A stretch of DNA of 61,565 bases, the filler included, from Chthonomonadaceae bacterium (GTDB lineage: Bacteria; Armatimonadota; Chthonomonadetes; Chthonomonadales; Chthonomonadaceae), in assembly GCA_035650735.1 (NCBI GenBank). It is 3 parts of 3 records of this genome, joined end to end, with 100 filler letters (N's around TTAATTAATTAA, not from the genome) between each part and the next. Parts side by side here need not be neighbours in the genome. Positions count along the whole stretch, not along the records: positions 1 to 22,665 come from DASRGZ010000212.1; positions 22,766 to 43,137 come from DASRGZ010000213.1; 1 more part is not named here. The stretch is one strand, 5' to 3'. The position numbers and the translations under genes are program-made. Below, one piece after another: positions 19,415 to 27,893 of the stretch (position 1 is its first letter; each line of letters starts with the position of its first letter). The notes below the pieces were generated by a model. That model did no database searches, had not been told where the DNA came from, and saw only the letters and a program-made list of their open reading frames with translations.

Positions 19415-20326
19415 TTACGGCCAGGCGATGCCCAACGCCTCTGCCGTCTGGGGGCCGCAGACGCCGTCGTCGGCATGGGGGCCGAAGGCATGCGTCTGGA
19501 ACTCCAGCAGGGCGCGCAGGCTGCGCGCTCCGAAGTCGCCATCTACCTGACCCTCATAGAACCCTTTCTGCCGCAGCGCCTCCTGCACGCGCTGCGCGCG
19601 CGTCCCCCACGAGCCGAACCGCACCCTCTCCATGCCTTCCTGCCCCGCCACCGCCAGACGGCGGGCGTCCGCGCCGTTGATAAGCACGTAGCCGAAGGTG
19701 TTCTGGCTGCACGCATAGGCTGCCGCATGGAAGGCTTTCCAAGGCCCGGTGCCGGGCTGATCGCCGCGCGCCGGGCACTGCGGAAAGCCCACCACGACCT
19801 GGCAGCCCGCGCTGGCAAATCGCTCGGCCTCGACACCGGCGCACCAGGCCGCGTGCAGGTTATCGCCCGGCAGGTCAATATCTACCGGATCCTCCAGGCC
19901 ATAATCCAGGTCATCGGTCGTGCGCCAGAAGGGCCGGACGCTCGTCTGCAAGAAAGCCTCATGGCGGCGGGGTGTGCTTGCGCGGTGGATGCCCTTGCGG
20001 TAGTCGGCAAAGTAGCCGGTCAGCAGCTCATTCGCCCCACGCCCGCCTCTGGCCCGCGCCTTCTCGATATAGACGCGGTGCGGCACGGTGGAACCGGGAT
20101 AGACGGCAAACGTGCCTTCTCCGGGCAGCCACTGGATCAGCGTGCAGCGGGGATGGAGATGATCCACTTCGGCGGCGGTCAGGGCATGCTCGGCGCGAAA
20201 CGCCTGATCAAAGGGATGCAGGGGCAGGCAGCCGCGCAGGCCGAAGAAGATCAGGCCCTCGGAATCCACCGGAAACTCGTTTAAAGCACATAGCTGCGCC
20301 AGATGCGCCGTCGTCAGGGTGTACAT
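19415..20326 (-). CDS. Peptidoglycan-binding domain protein with His/Cys putative catalytic domain
   Basis: C-terminal VQEALRQKGFYEGQVDGDFGARS..DGVCGPQT (PG_binding_1-like); NLH...SAGCQVV motif. Confidence 0.72.
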   Translation of the reverse strand: MYTLTTAHLAQLCALNEFPVDSEGLIFFGLRGCLPLHPFDQAFRAEHALTAAEVDHLHPRCTLIQWLPGEGTFAVYPGSTVPHRVYIEKARARGGRGANELLTGYFADYRKGIHRASTPRRHEAFLQTSVRPFWRTTDDLDYGLEDPVDIDLPGDNLHAAWCAGVEAERFASAGCQVVVGFPQCPARGDQPGTGPWKAFHAAAYACSQNTFGYVLINGADARRLAVAGQEGMERVRFGSWGTRAQRVQEALRQKGFYEGQVDGDFGARSLRALLEFQTHAFGPHADDGVCGPQTAEALGIAWP

Positions 20327-20515
20327 AGCGTCCTTTCCTTTCTGAAACCAACAAAAACGCGCCTCTCGCAGCGAAGAGGCGCTCTTAATCTCCGTGCCCC
20401 AGGAAGGCTAAATACGAGTTGAAAAGGGATGCTTTGGATAGATTCCGCCAAAAACAGGCAATTACTGTAGGTATTTGACCGGCCAAAACTCTTCCAAAAA
20501 AAGTTCCCGTTTCCC

Positions 20516-20573
20516 TTGCGGGGCGGGCAGAGAGAGGTTATAATAGTAGTGTTAGAACTAATCGGTTCTAACA
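20516..20573 (+). promoter_or_regulatory. Sigma70 promoter plus palindromic TetR operator
   Basis: TTGCGG-N17-TATAAT (20516-20544) followed by TGTTAGAAC-N6-GTTCTAACA (20550-20573). Confidence 0.75.
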
Positions 20574-20607
20574 AGGCAAAATACCACCCTAACGGAAGTG
20601 ACCAGGG

Positions 20608-21210
20608 ATGACGGGCCCCGCCAGTAGCCGAGAGAAAATCTTGCAGTGCGCTAAAGACCTGTTTTATCACGTCGGGTATCAGTCTACCAGCGTGGACGAT
20701 ATCCTCCGGGCGTGCGGTGTGGCAAAGAGCAATTTCTATTATCACTTCAAGACCAAGGAAGATCTGGCCGTTGCCGTGCTGGAGCTGCGCATCGCGGAAT
20801 ACGAGGCGCTGATACTTGGCTCGCTGCAAAACCCTGTCCTGACCCCGGCAGAGCGCCTGCGAGAGTTCTTTGACCGGGTCCATCAGGCGCAAGCGAAGAT
20901 TGCGGCGCGGTCCGGGTGTCCTTTCGGCAACTTCGCGGCGGCGCTGCCCAACCCGGAGAAGGATGCGCGCTATGAGCGCTTTCGGCTGCGCCTGGGCGAG
21001 TTCTTCCGCCGCATGGAAGCGGCGATGCAGGATTGCCTGGCCGAAGGCGTGGAGCGCGGCGAGTTCCGCAGCGACCTCTCTTCTCAGGAGATGGCGGCGT
21101 TTCTGGTGGCAGTCGTGCAGGGCCTGCTGATCCTGACCAAGACGTACAAGGATACTGCGCCGCTCATCACGGGGTTTGCGGTTGTACAGCAGTTGTTGCG
21201 CGCCAAATAG
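20608..21210 (+). CDS. TetR/AcrR family regulator (NemR/LmrA-like)
   Basis: HTH GYQSTSVDDI..GVAKSNFYYHFKTKEDL; GCPFGN. Confidence 0.92.
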   Translation: MTGPASSREKILQCAKDLFYHVGYQSTSVDDILRACGVAKSNFYYHFKTKEDLAVAVLELRIAEYEALILGSLQNPVLTPAERLREFFDRVHQAQAKIAARSGCPFGNFAAALPNPEKDARYERFRLRLGEFFRRMEAAMQDCLAEGVERGEFRSDLSSQEMAAFLVAVVQGLLILTKTYKDTAPLITGFAVVQQLLRAK

Positions 21211-21369
21211 CCTCTTGATTGAAACCGCGCTCCTCACCGGAGCGTCCAAAGAGTAGCAGCCCAGGAACTGCCTGGCGTCACGCATTGATAAAAAGGACGT
21301 TTGTTATTGTAACCAAAAGTAGGACGAACTATTCCGCCCTAAATCCGGCACAAAGAGTTAGGGAGTAGA

Positions 21370-21394
21370 TGCAATTTGTTGCCTATCCTGCGTC
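21370..21394 (+). promoter_or_regulatory. Candidate ECF sigma promoter upstream of the ECF sigma gene
   Basis: TGCAAT-N15-CGTC; a second candidate TGAAAC-N17-CGTC at 21220-21246. Confidence 0.45.
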
Positions 21395-21521
21395 AATAGC
21401 ATTACATGAGGCGCTTGCAAAGCACTTTCCCGTTTTTTTGTGTTTTTTTGAGTAATAGGACGTGAACGCATCGCAGGGTTAGGGTTCTCGAAGCATTTTT
21501 GTTTTAGAGGGAGACAGCGAA

Positions 21522-22184
21522 ATGAAACTCGAAACCATCGCCTGGCAGCCCCAGGAGACAGCGCAGGGCAGTGACCATGCCGAGTTTGAGCGACTCGTGG
21601 AACGCACTCACCGCCAGGCGTATAATATGGCCTATCGTATGACCGGCAACCATGAGGATGCGGAAGACCTGACCCAGGAAGCGTATCTGCGCGCCTATCG
21701 CTCCTTCCGAACTTATAACCGGCAGATGCCCTTTGAGAGCTGGTTCTTCCGGATTTTGTCGAACCTGTTCATCGATCTGCTGCGCCGCCGTCCCAAGCAG
21801 AAGCCGCTTTCGCTGGATCAGCCGATGGAGACGGACGAGGGCGAGGAGAACCTGCTGCTCCAGATTCCCGCTGAGGGAAGCGATCCGGAGCGCAGCCTGA
21901 TGGAGCAGGTCATGGATGAGCGCCTGCAAAAGGCCCTGGCCGCTTTGCCGGAGCCGTTCCGCATCGCCGTACTGCTCTGCGATGTGGAGGGCAAGTCCTA
22001 CGAGGAGATCGCTCAGATCATGAACTCGTCCATCGGAACGGTGCGCTCGCGCATTCACCGGGGACGTCTGCAACTGCGCCGCGCGCTGGAAAGCCCGAAA
22101 GCGACGCCGGCCACGACCAGGTCCTCTGTCCGGTCTTTATCCCGCCGGCGCCAGGAGCCCGGCCTGCTGGCAAACGCCGCGTAA
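21522..22184 (+). CDS. ECF-type RNA polymerase sigma-70 factor
   Basis: DAEDLTQEAYLRAY, WFFRILSN, SYEEIA..GTVRSRIHRGR. Confidence 0.93.
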   Translation: MKLETIAWQPQETAQGSDHAEFERLVERTHRQAYNMAYRMTGNHEDAEDLTQEAYLRAYRSFRTYNRQMPFESWFFRILSNLFIDLLRRRPKQKPLSLDQPMETDEGEENLLLQIPAEGSDPERSLMEQVMDERLQKALAALPEPFRIAVLLCDVEGKSYEEIAQIMNSSIGTVRSRIHRGRLQLRRALESPKATPATTRSSVRSLSRRRQEPGLLANAA

Positions 22185-22416
22185 TGCGGCGGCCTGTCCC
22201 TCCATCCCTTCGATCAGGAATTCCGCCAGGCAGGGCGCGCCGGGCGATGCGGGCATGAGCCGGCATAGAGCGCACGCGCGCAAACAGGCAAGGTTATTTT
22301 ATCCAGCCGATTCCCAAATGGAGAATCGGCTGGATGCGTTTGGGGCATCGGCCCGGGCAGGACATTCCGGGCGCGATGGAGAACATGAGGCTGCTGTCCC
22401 GGTTGATGATAAGGCC

Positions 22417-22665
22417 ATGTCCGAACCCCAACGCCAACCTCACCCCCTTTCCCAGAGCGCCGCGCCGCCGGCAGTTCGCACGGTGGTCAAAGCACGCGCG
22501 CAGCGCGGCGTCACGCTTCGCGCTGTGGCTCTGGGGGCGCTGCTGACGCCTCTCAACGCCTACTGGATCGTGCGCCTGGAGCGAGTGATGTTCGGGCCGT
22601 ATCCCTCCACCATCTCCCTGTTTGCCAACGTCGTCTTCCTGCTGTTCCTCTTTATCGGCCTCAAC
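22417..22665 (+). CDS. Membrane protein N-terminus (DUF6785-like), truncated by the contig end
   Basis: RGVTLRAVALGALLTPLNAYW...STISLFANVVFLLFLF runs into the N spacer. Confidence 0.55.
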
Positions 22666-22765
22666 NNNNNNNNNNNNNNNNNNNNNNNNNNNNNNNNNNN
22701 NNNNNNNNNTTAATTAATTAANNNNNNNNNNNNNNNNNNNNNNNNNNNNNNNNNNNNNNNNNNNN
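22666..22765. other. Artificial contig spacer
   Basis: 44 N + TTAATTAATTAA + 44 N. Confidence 0.97.
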
Positions 22766-22775
22766 GGAGGAAGGT

Positions 22776-23903
22776 TTGAGAGTTCCACTGGCCGACTTGC
22801 CCACTCAGTACCAGCGCCTCAAGGCAGACATCGATGCCGCTCTGCTTTCAGTCCTGGAGAGCGGACACTTCCTCGACGGAGAGCCCGTCCGCCAGCTCGA
22901 ACACGAGATTGCCACTCTCTGTGGAGCGGCGCAGGGCATCGCCGTCGCCTCCGGCACCGATGCCCTGCTCCTGGCGCTTAAGGCCGCTGGTATCGAGGAA
23001 GGCCAGGAGGTGATTACCTCCCCTTTCACCTTCGCCGCCACCGCCGAAGCCATCGCTCTTTTGGGCGCCCGCCCCGTCTTTGTCGACATCGACCCCTGCA
23101 CCTTCCTGCTCGACGAAGCGCAGATTGAGGCGGCCCGGACGCCTCGGACTAAGGCTCTGCTGCCCGTGGACCTGTTCGGACAGATGGTCGACAGACAGGC
23201 CCTGGAGGCTCTTGCCAGCAAGCATGGGCTGGCGGTGATCTACGATGGGGCGCAGGCCATTGGAGCCAGGCAGCAGGGAGGCCCGCTGGCCGCTTGGGGG
23301 GAGGCGGTCACCCTCTCGTTCTATCCGACCAAGAACCTGGGGGCCTATGGAGATGGGGGCATGGTGCTGACCAACTCTTGGGAGCTAGCCGCGCAGGTAA
23401 AGAGCCTGCGCTCGCATGGGGTAGGAGCGGGGGGTCGGTATGGTTATCATGAGCGGGTGGGCTACTGTAGTCGGTTGGACAGCCTGCAGGCGGCGGTGTT
23501 GTTGGTCAAGCTCTCGCACCTGGCGGCCTGGACCCAGCGGCGCAGGGAGCATGCGGCCCGCTACCAGGCGTTATTGTCTCCCTTGAGCAAGCAGGGGTTG
23601 GTGTTGCCTGGGTGTGGGGTAGGCAACTACCATGTCTACCACCAGTACACCGTACGGCATCCGCAAAGAGAGCGGCTGCAAGCTTACTTGCTTGAGCAGG
23701 GGATAGAGAGCAAGGTGTTCTATCCGTTGCCGCTGCACTTGCAGGCAGCGTTTAGGTCTCTGGGTTACCGAGAAGGCGACTTTCCGCAGGCAGAGCAGGC
23801 CGCCAAGGAAGTGTTGTCGCTGCCCATCCATCCCGAGCTAACGAGCGGGCAGGTGGAGTATGTGGCCGAGCAGATACACCGCTTCTTTGAGCAGGCAGGC
23901 TAG
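22776..23903 (+). CDS. DegT/DnrJ/EryC1/StrS PLP-dependent sugar aminotransferase
   Basis: ASGTDAL, PFTFAAT, DGAQAIGA, SFYPTKNLGAYGDGG, SLPIHP. Confidence 0.93.
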   Translation: MRVPLADLPTQYQRLKADIDAALLSVLESGHFLDGEPVRQLEHEIATLCGAAQGIAVASGTDALLLALKAAGIEEGQEVITSPFTFAATAEAIALLGARPVFVDIDPCTFLLDEAQIEAARTPRTKALLPVDLFGQMVDRQALEALASKHGLAVIYDGAQAIGARQQGGPLAAWGEAVTLSFYPTKNLGAYGDGGMVLTNSWELAAQVKSLRSHGVGAGGRYGYHERVGYCSRLDSLQAAVLLVKLSHLAAWTQRRREHAARYQALLSPLSKQGLVLPGCGVGNYHVYHQYTVRHPQRERLQAYLLEQGIESKVFYPLPLHLQAAFRSLGYREGDFPQAEQAAKEVLSLPIHPELTSGQVEYVAEQIHRFFEQAG

Positions 23904-24029
23904 CCCCTAAAGGACCGGGCTAAGGGATGGGCTGCCCGCGAGTTCCCCTATACGCTCTGCGCCAGCAAAGTCTTTCTCTTCTCCCAAAAGCCGGGACATC
24001 GCCTCGATTTTCCCAGTAAATAAATCGGC

Positions 24030-24045
24030 TGGCACGTTTTGTGCT
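24030..24045 (+). promoter_or_regulatory. Possible sigma54 -24/-12 promoter
   Basis: TGGCACGTTTTGTGCT, one mismatch to TGGCACG-N4-TTGCW. Confidence 0.3.
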
Positions 24046-24248
24046 TTCTTGCGTAAAAGACAGGGCACGCATTGATCTGCCTATAGAGCGCTATCTCTTC
24101 TACACCGACAATAACGGCAGGTGGTTGTCGGACAGGGCGAGCCGCATTGCCCTCAGAGGAGATGCCGCCGCGCCGCTGCCTGTCTCCACAGCGCGCTCTG
24201 CGCCGCGGTCGGGAGACGCGCACCAACACCTTCAGGAGTAGAAGTGGC

Positions 24249-25304
24249 ATGAAAGCAATGATATTGGCCGCCGGTGTCGGCTCACGCCTCGATCCTCTCA
24301 CCCGTAATGTCCCCAAACCCATGGTTCCCATCGTTAACCGCCCCGTCATGGAGTACCTGGTGGAACTGCTGAAAAAGCATGGTTTCGACGAGATCATGGT
24401 CAACCTGCACTACCTGGGCGACCAGATCCAGGACTACTTTGGCGATGGCTCAAAATGGGGCGTCAAAATCTATTGGTCGTGCGAAGATAGGCTCTGGGGC
24501 GATGCGGGCAGCGTCAAGCGAGTGGAGGGTTTTTTCAAAGACAATACCTTTATTGTCATCGGCGGCGATGACTTGACCGATATGGACCTGTCGCGCCTGA
24601 TCCGCACGCATAAGGACAAGCGCGCGCTGGCCACTATCGCGCTCTCCCTGGTGGATGATCCGAGCGAGTACGGCATCGTCCTGATGAACGAGGACAGCCG
24701 CATCACCCGCTTCCTGGAAAAGCCCAAGGGCGAGGTCATTTTCTCTAACACAGCCAATACCGGCGTCTACGTCTTCGAGCCGGAAATCTTTGAACTCATT
24801 CCACGCGGCGTCTTCTATCTGTTCGGCAAGCAGGTGTTCCCGCTGCTGCTGGAGCAGCGCTTGCCGCTCTACGGGCACCTCACCGCCGCCTACTGGAAAG
24901 ATGTCGGCAACCTTAAGGTCTATCAGCAGACGCACAAGGACGTTCTGGAAGGACGTGTCAACATCGAAATGCCTTTCGCCGAAGTGCGCAAATACGTCTG
25001 GATGGGCGAGAACGTCGAGATCGATCCTACGGCGGAAATCGGCTATCCGGTCGCCATCGGCAACAACGTGCGTATTCTGGCGGGCGCGAAGGTGCTGGAG
25101 AACACGGTCATCGGGGATAACTGTGCGGTCGAGGAGGGCGCTTCGGTCAAAGATAGCATTCTCTGGGACGGCGCGGTAGTCATGCGAGGCACGCATCTGG
25201 AGCGCTGCGTCGTCGGCAAGGACTGCCACGTCAAGACCGATGCCGCCATTTTTGACGGCATTATCGTCAACCCGCAGCGTCCCGCCAACGCCAACGGGAA
25301 GTAA
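24249..25304 (+). CDS. NDP-sugar pyrophosphorylase (mannose-1-phosphate guanylyltransferase-like)
   Basis: MKAMILAAGVGSRLDPLT..PKPM, FLEKP, YWKDVG, C-terminal hexapeptide repeats. Confidence 0.9.
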   Translation: MKAMILAAGVGSRLDPLTRNVPKPMVPIVNRPVMEYLVELLKKHGFDEIMVNLHYLGDQIQDYFGDGSKWGVKIYWSCEDRLWGDAGSVKRVEGFFKDNTFIVIGGDDLTDMDLSRLIRTHKDKRALATIALSLVDDPSEYGIVLMNEDSRITRFLEKPKGEVIFSNTANTGVYVFEPEIFELIPRGVFYLFGKQVFPLLLEQRLPLYGHLTAAYWKDVGNLKVYQQTHKDVLEGRVNIEMPFAEVRKYVWMGENVEIDPTAEIGYPVAIGNNVRILAGAKVLENTVIGDNCAVEEGASVKDSILWDGAVVMRGTHLERCVVGKDCHVKTDAAIFDGIIVNPQRPANANGK

Positions 25305-25306
25305 TC

Positions 25307-25393
25307 GCCCTCACCCCTAACCCCTCTCCCACGCTGCGGGAGAGGGGAGAGTACCTCACTTCCTGGCCCTTCCCACTTCGGGAGGGGTTTTTT
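25307..25393. repeat. Family A palindrome (uninterrupted) followed by hairpin and T-run, possible terminator
   Basis: GCCCTCACCCCTAACCCCTCTCCCACGCTGCGGGAGAGGGG then CCCTTCCCACTTCGGGAGGGGTTTTTT. Confidence 0.8.
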
Positions 25394-25466
25394 GCTGCAA
25401 CGCTTAATCTCAAACCACGGTTCGTGTGACGTGACCTCAGGCTTGAGGTCACGCCAAAACCGGGCA

Positions 25467-25495
25467 TTGACATCTATACCGATCTGTTGTATGCT
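25467..25495 (+). promoter_or_regulatory. Sigma70 promoter of the TA operon
   Basis: TTGACA-N17-TATGCT; palindrome CGTGACCTCA-N4-TGAGGTCACG just upstream (25430-25453). Confidence 0.65.
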
Positions 25496-25570
25496 TTGTA
25501 ATGGATGTAAGTCCCATTCGCTTGTTCTGAACGCAGAGGCCGTATCGGCTCTCAGGGAAGGTTATTAACC

Positions 25571-26005
25571 ATGTCGCAGGTTGTTACTCTCCGGCTGCCG
25601 GATGAGACCGCCGAGGAGATTCGGCGGATCGCCCAACGCGAACGACGCTCCTTAAGCGATGTCGGCGCCCGCATGATCGAAGAGTGGGTCCGACAGAACC
25701 GTTTTGCATATATCGAGTTCCGCTCCTTTAACGGTGAGCGCCACGCCTGTCTCAAAGGACGCTTGCAGGTCTGGCAGGTGATCCGGGTGGCACAGGATTA
25801 TGGAATGGATGTGGAGAAGACGGCGGCGCACCTTTCCCTTTCGCCGGAGCAGGTACAGGCAGCCCTGAATTATTATGAAACCTATCCGGAAGAGATCGAG
25901 GCCGCGATAGCGGAGAACCAGGCGATGACCTATGAACAGATCAAGCGCCTACTGCCTAACGCCCAACTGTTCGAGGCATCGCTTCCCCATGAGGAGACCT
26001 CCTAG
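25571..26005 (+). CDS. Putative antitoxin: ribbon-helix-helix plus DUF433
   Basis: VVTLRLPDE..RSLSDV N-terminus; RLQVWQVI..LSPEQVQAALNYYETYPEEI. Confidence 0.8.
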   Translation: MSQVVTLRLPDETAEEIRRIAQRERRSLSDVGARMIEEWVRQNRFAYIEFRSFNGERHACLKGRLQVWQVIRVAQDYGMDVEKTAAHLSLSPEQVQAALNYYETYPEEIEAAIAENQAMTYEQIKRLLPNAQLFEASLPHEETS

Positions 26006-26391
26006 TGGCTCTCTCGCTGCTCCTGGATGAACATATGTCACCTGATGTGGCGGCACAAATTCAAACTAAGCGACCGGAAATACCTGTGACCAGCGTGCTG
26101 CTATGGCGTAACGGGGCGCTGCGGGGACAGCCGGAGGAGACGGTACTGCGCACGGCGGCGCAGGAGGCGCTTACCCTGGTCTCTTACGATGTGAGCACGA
26201 TAACGCCCGTGTTGGTCGCCTGGGGCTCTGTCGGCGAGGAGCATAGCGGAGTTATTTTTATTGACGAGCTTACCATCTTCCAGGGAGACATCGGGGGCCA
26301 GGTCGCCGCGCTCATAGAGCACTGGGAGGCTACCCACACCTGGGAGTGGAAGAACCGGGTGATGTTCCTGCGCGCGACGAGACGAGAATAG
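26005..26391 (+). CDS. Putative toxin: DUF5615 PIN-like domain
   Basis: LLLDEHMS, LVSYD, HSGVI; GTG start overlaps the upstream stop. Confidence 0.78.
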   Translation: MALSLLLDEHMSPDVAAQIQTKRPEIPVTSVLLWRNGALRGQPEETVLRTAAQEALTLVSYDVSTITPVLVAWGSVGEEHSGVIFIDELTIFQGDIGGQVAALIEHWEATHTWEWKNRVMFLRATRRE

Positions 26392-26524
26392 AGTGGTATA
26401 GGCGCAGTCACCAGGTAGTAACGGATTCCACAGAAAAGGTGTGACCTCAAGACTTGCCAAGTAGGTTTGATTGCGTTAAAATGGGGCGCTGTCGCACCGT
26501 ACATCGGAAGGAACGCCTCTTGCC

Positions 26525-27859
26525 ATGGCTCTGGATACGCTCGCCCCGAACTCTGCTGCTTTCTATTTCGTCGGAGGCAACCTCCCCCTTGATGCTGCCT
26601 GCTACGTCACCCGCAAAGCCGATGACGAGACCAACCCATTGGTGACGGTGCTGCACCTTTCGGGCATTGTCAAGGCCGAGCAGGGCAGGCTCAAGGTCCG
26701 CAACCGGATTTATCAGCGGGTGTTTGACCGCGTGTGGGCCGAAGCCAATATGCCCGACGTTGAGCTAAGGAGGCAACGAGAAGCCTACCGGCGTGGCGTG
26801 CTGCGAACGATAACTCTCTCCGGGATCATCATCGCCATTATGTGTGTGCTAATGGTGACGGCAGTCAGATACGCCAGACGCGCTCTTAGTGCTGAGAAGA
26901 ACGCAAAAGCGGAAGCAGAGAATACAAGCCGCTTGGCAGCGAATGCCAACCGTTTGCTCTACATTGCGGACATGAACCTGGCACAGCGGGAATGGGAAAG
27001 CAACAACGTAGGGCATGTACTGAGCATATTGGAAGAGACACAATCGAATGAGAATCGCAACTTTGAATGGGGTTATTGGAACCGCCTCTGCCATCTAGAC
27101 CTGAAAACCCTCGAGGGACATACAAAAGAGGTCACTTCGGTGGCCTTCTCTCCAGACGGCAAGCGGATCGTCACCGGCGGTGGGGACACCACGGCTAAGG
27201 TCTGGGATGCTGCCACAGGAAATGAACTGCTCACTCTCAAGGGGCCGGACTATGTCACCTCGGTGGCCTTCTCTCCGGATGGTAGGCGGATTGTTACCGG
27301 CTGTGGGAACAAGACCGCCAAGGTGTGGAATGCCACCTCTGGTAAAGAATTGCTCACTCTTAAGGGGCATACCTTGCCAGTTACCTCCGTGATCTTCTCG
27401 CCAGATGGCGGAAAGATAGTTACCGGAAGTCTAGACAAGACGGCTAGGATCTGGGATGCTAACTCCGGCAGAGAACTGCTCACTCTCAAGGGGCATACTA
27501 GCTGGGTTCTGTCTGTGGCCTTCTCTCCGGATGGCAAGCGCATTGCTACGGGTAGCGATACCACAGCCGAGGTCTGGGATGCTGCCACAGGAAAGGAAAT
27601 ATTCTCTCTCAGGGAGCATACAAGTAAAGGGCATATTGGGGGCGTTAACGCCGTAGCTTTCTCTCCAGATAGCAAACGGATTGTCACAGGCGACTATGAC
27701 AACACAGTCAAGGTCTGGGATGCTAACTCCGGTAGAGAACTGCTTACGCTCAAGGGGCATACAGGCCCGGTAGACTCAGTTGCCTTCTCCCCGGATGGCA
27801 AGCGCATTGTTACCGGCAGTGCTGATGGTACAACAAAGGTTTGGTTCTCTACGCCCTGA
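26525..27859 (+). CDS. WD40-repeat membrane protein with remnants of an AAA_35-type domain
   Basis: FYFVGGNLPLDAACYVTRKAD fused to DETNPLV..LSGIV..LKVRNRIYQRVFD; one TM; six near-identical V(A/I)FSPD(G/S)..I.TG WD40 repeats. Confidence 0.82.
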   Translation: MALDTLAPNSAAFYFVGGNLPLDAACYVTRKADDETNPLVTVLHLSGIVKAEQGRLKVRNRIYQRVFDRVWAEANMPDVELRRQREAYRRGVLRTITLSGIIIAIMCVLMVTAVRYARRALSAEKNAKAEAENTSRLAANANRLLYIADMNLAQREWESNNVGHVLSILEETQSNENRNFEWGYWNRLCHLDLKTLEGHTKEVTSVAFSPDGKRIVTGGGDTTAKVWDAATGNELLTLKGPDYVTSVAFSPDGRRIVTGCGNKTAKVWNATSGKELLTLKGHTLPVTSVIFSPDGGKIVTGSLDKTARIWDANSGRELLTLKGHTSWVLSVAFSPDGKRIATGSDTTAEVWDAATGKEIFSLREHTSKGHIGGVNAVAFSPDSKRIVTGDYDNTVKVWDANSGRELLTLKGHTGPVDSVAFSPDGKRIVTGSADGTTKVWFSTP

Positions 27860-27893
27860 AATCAAGCGGTCGCGCGCAAGGAAAGCCGGAGCG

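Noticed and set aside
22666..22765. TTAATTAATTAA as a biological motif
   Set aside because: Centred in N-runs, identical at 43138-43237, and gives stops in all frames; it is an assembly linker.
27100..27850. DNA tandem repeats as a DGR or array
   Set aside because: They are WD40 coding repeats; there is no reverse transcriptase and no adenine-specific template/variable pair.
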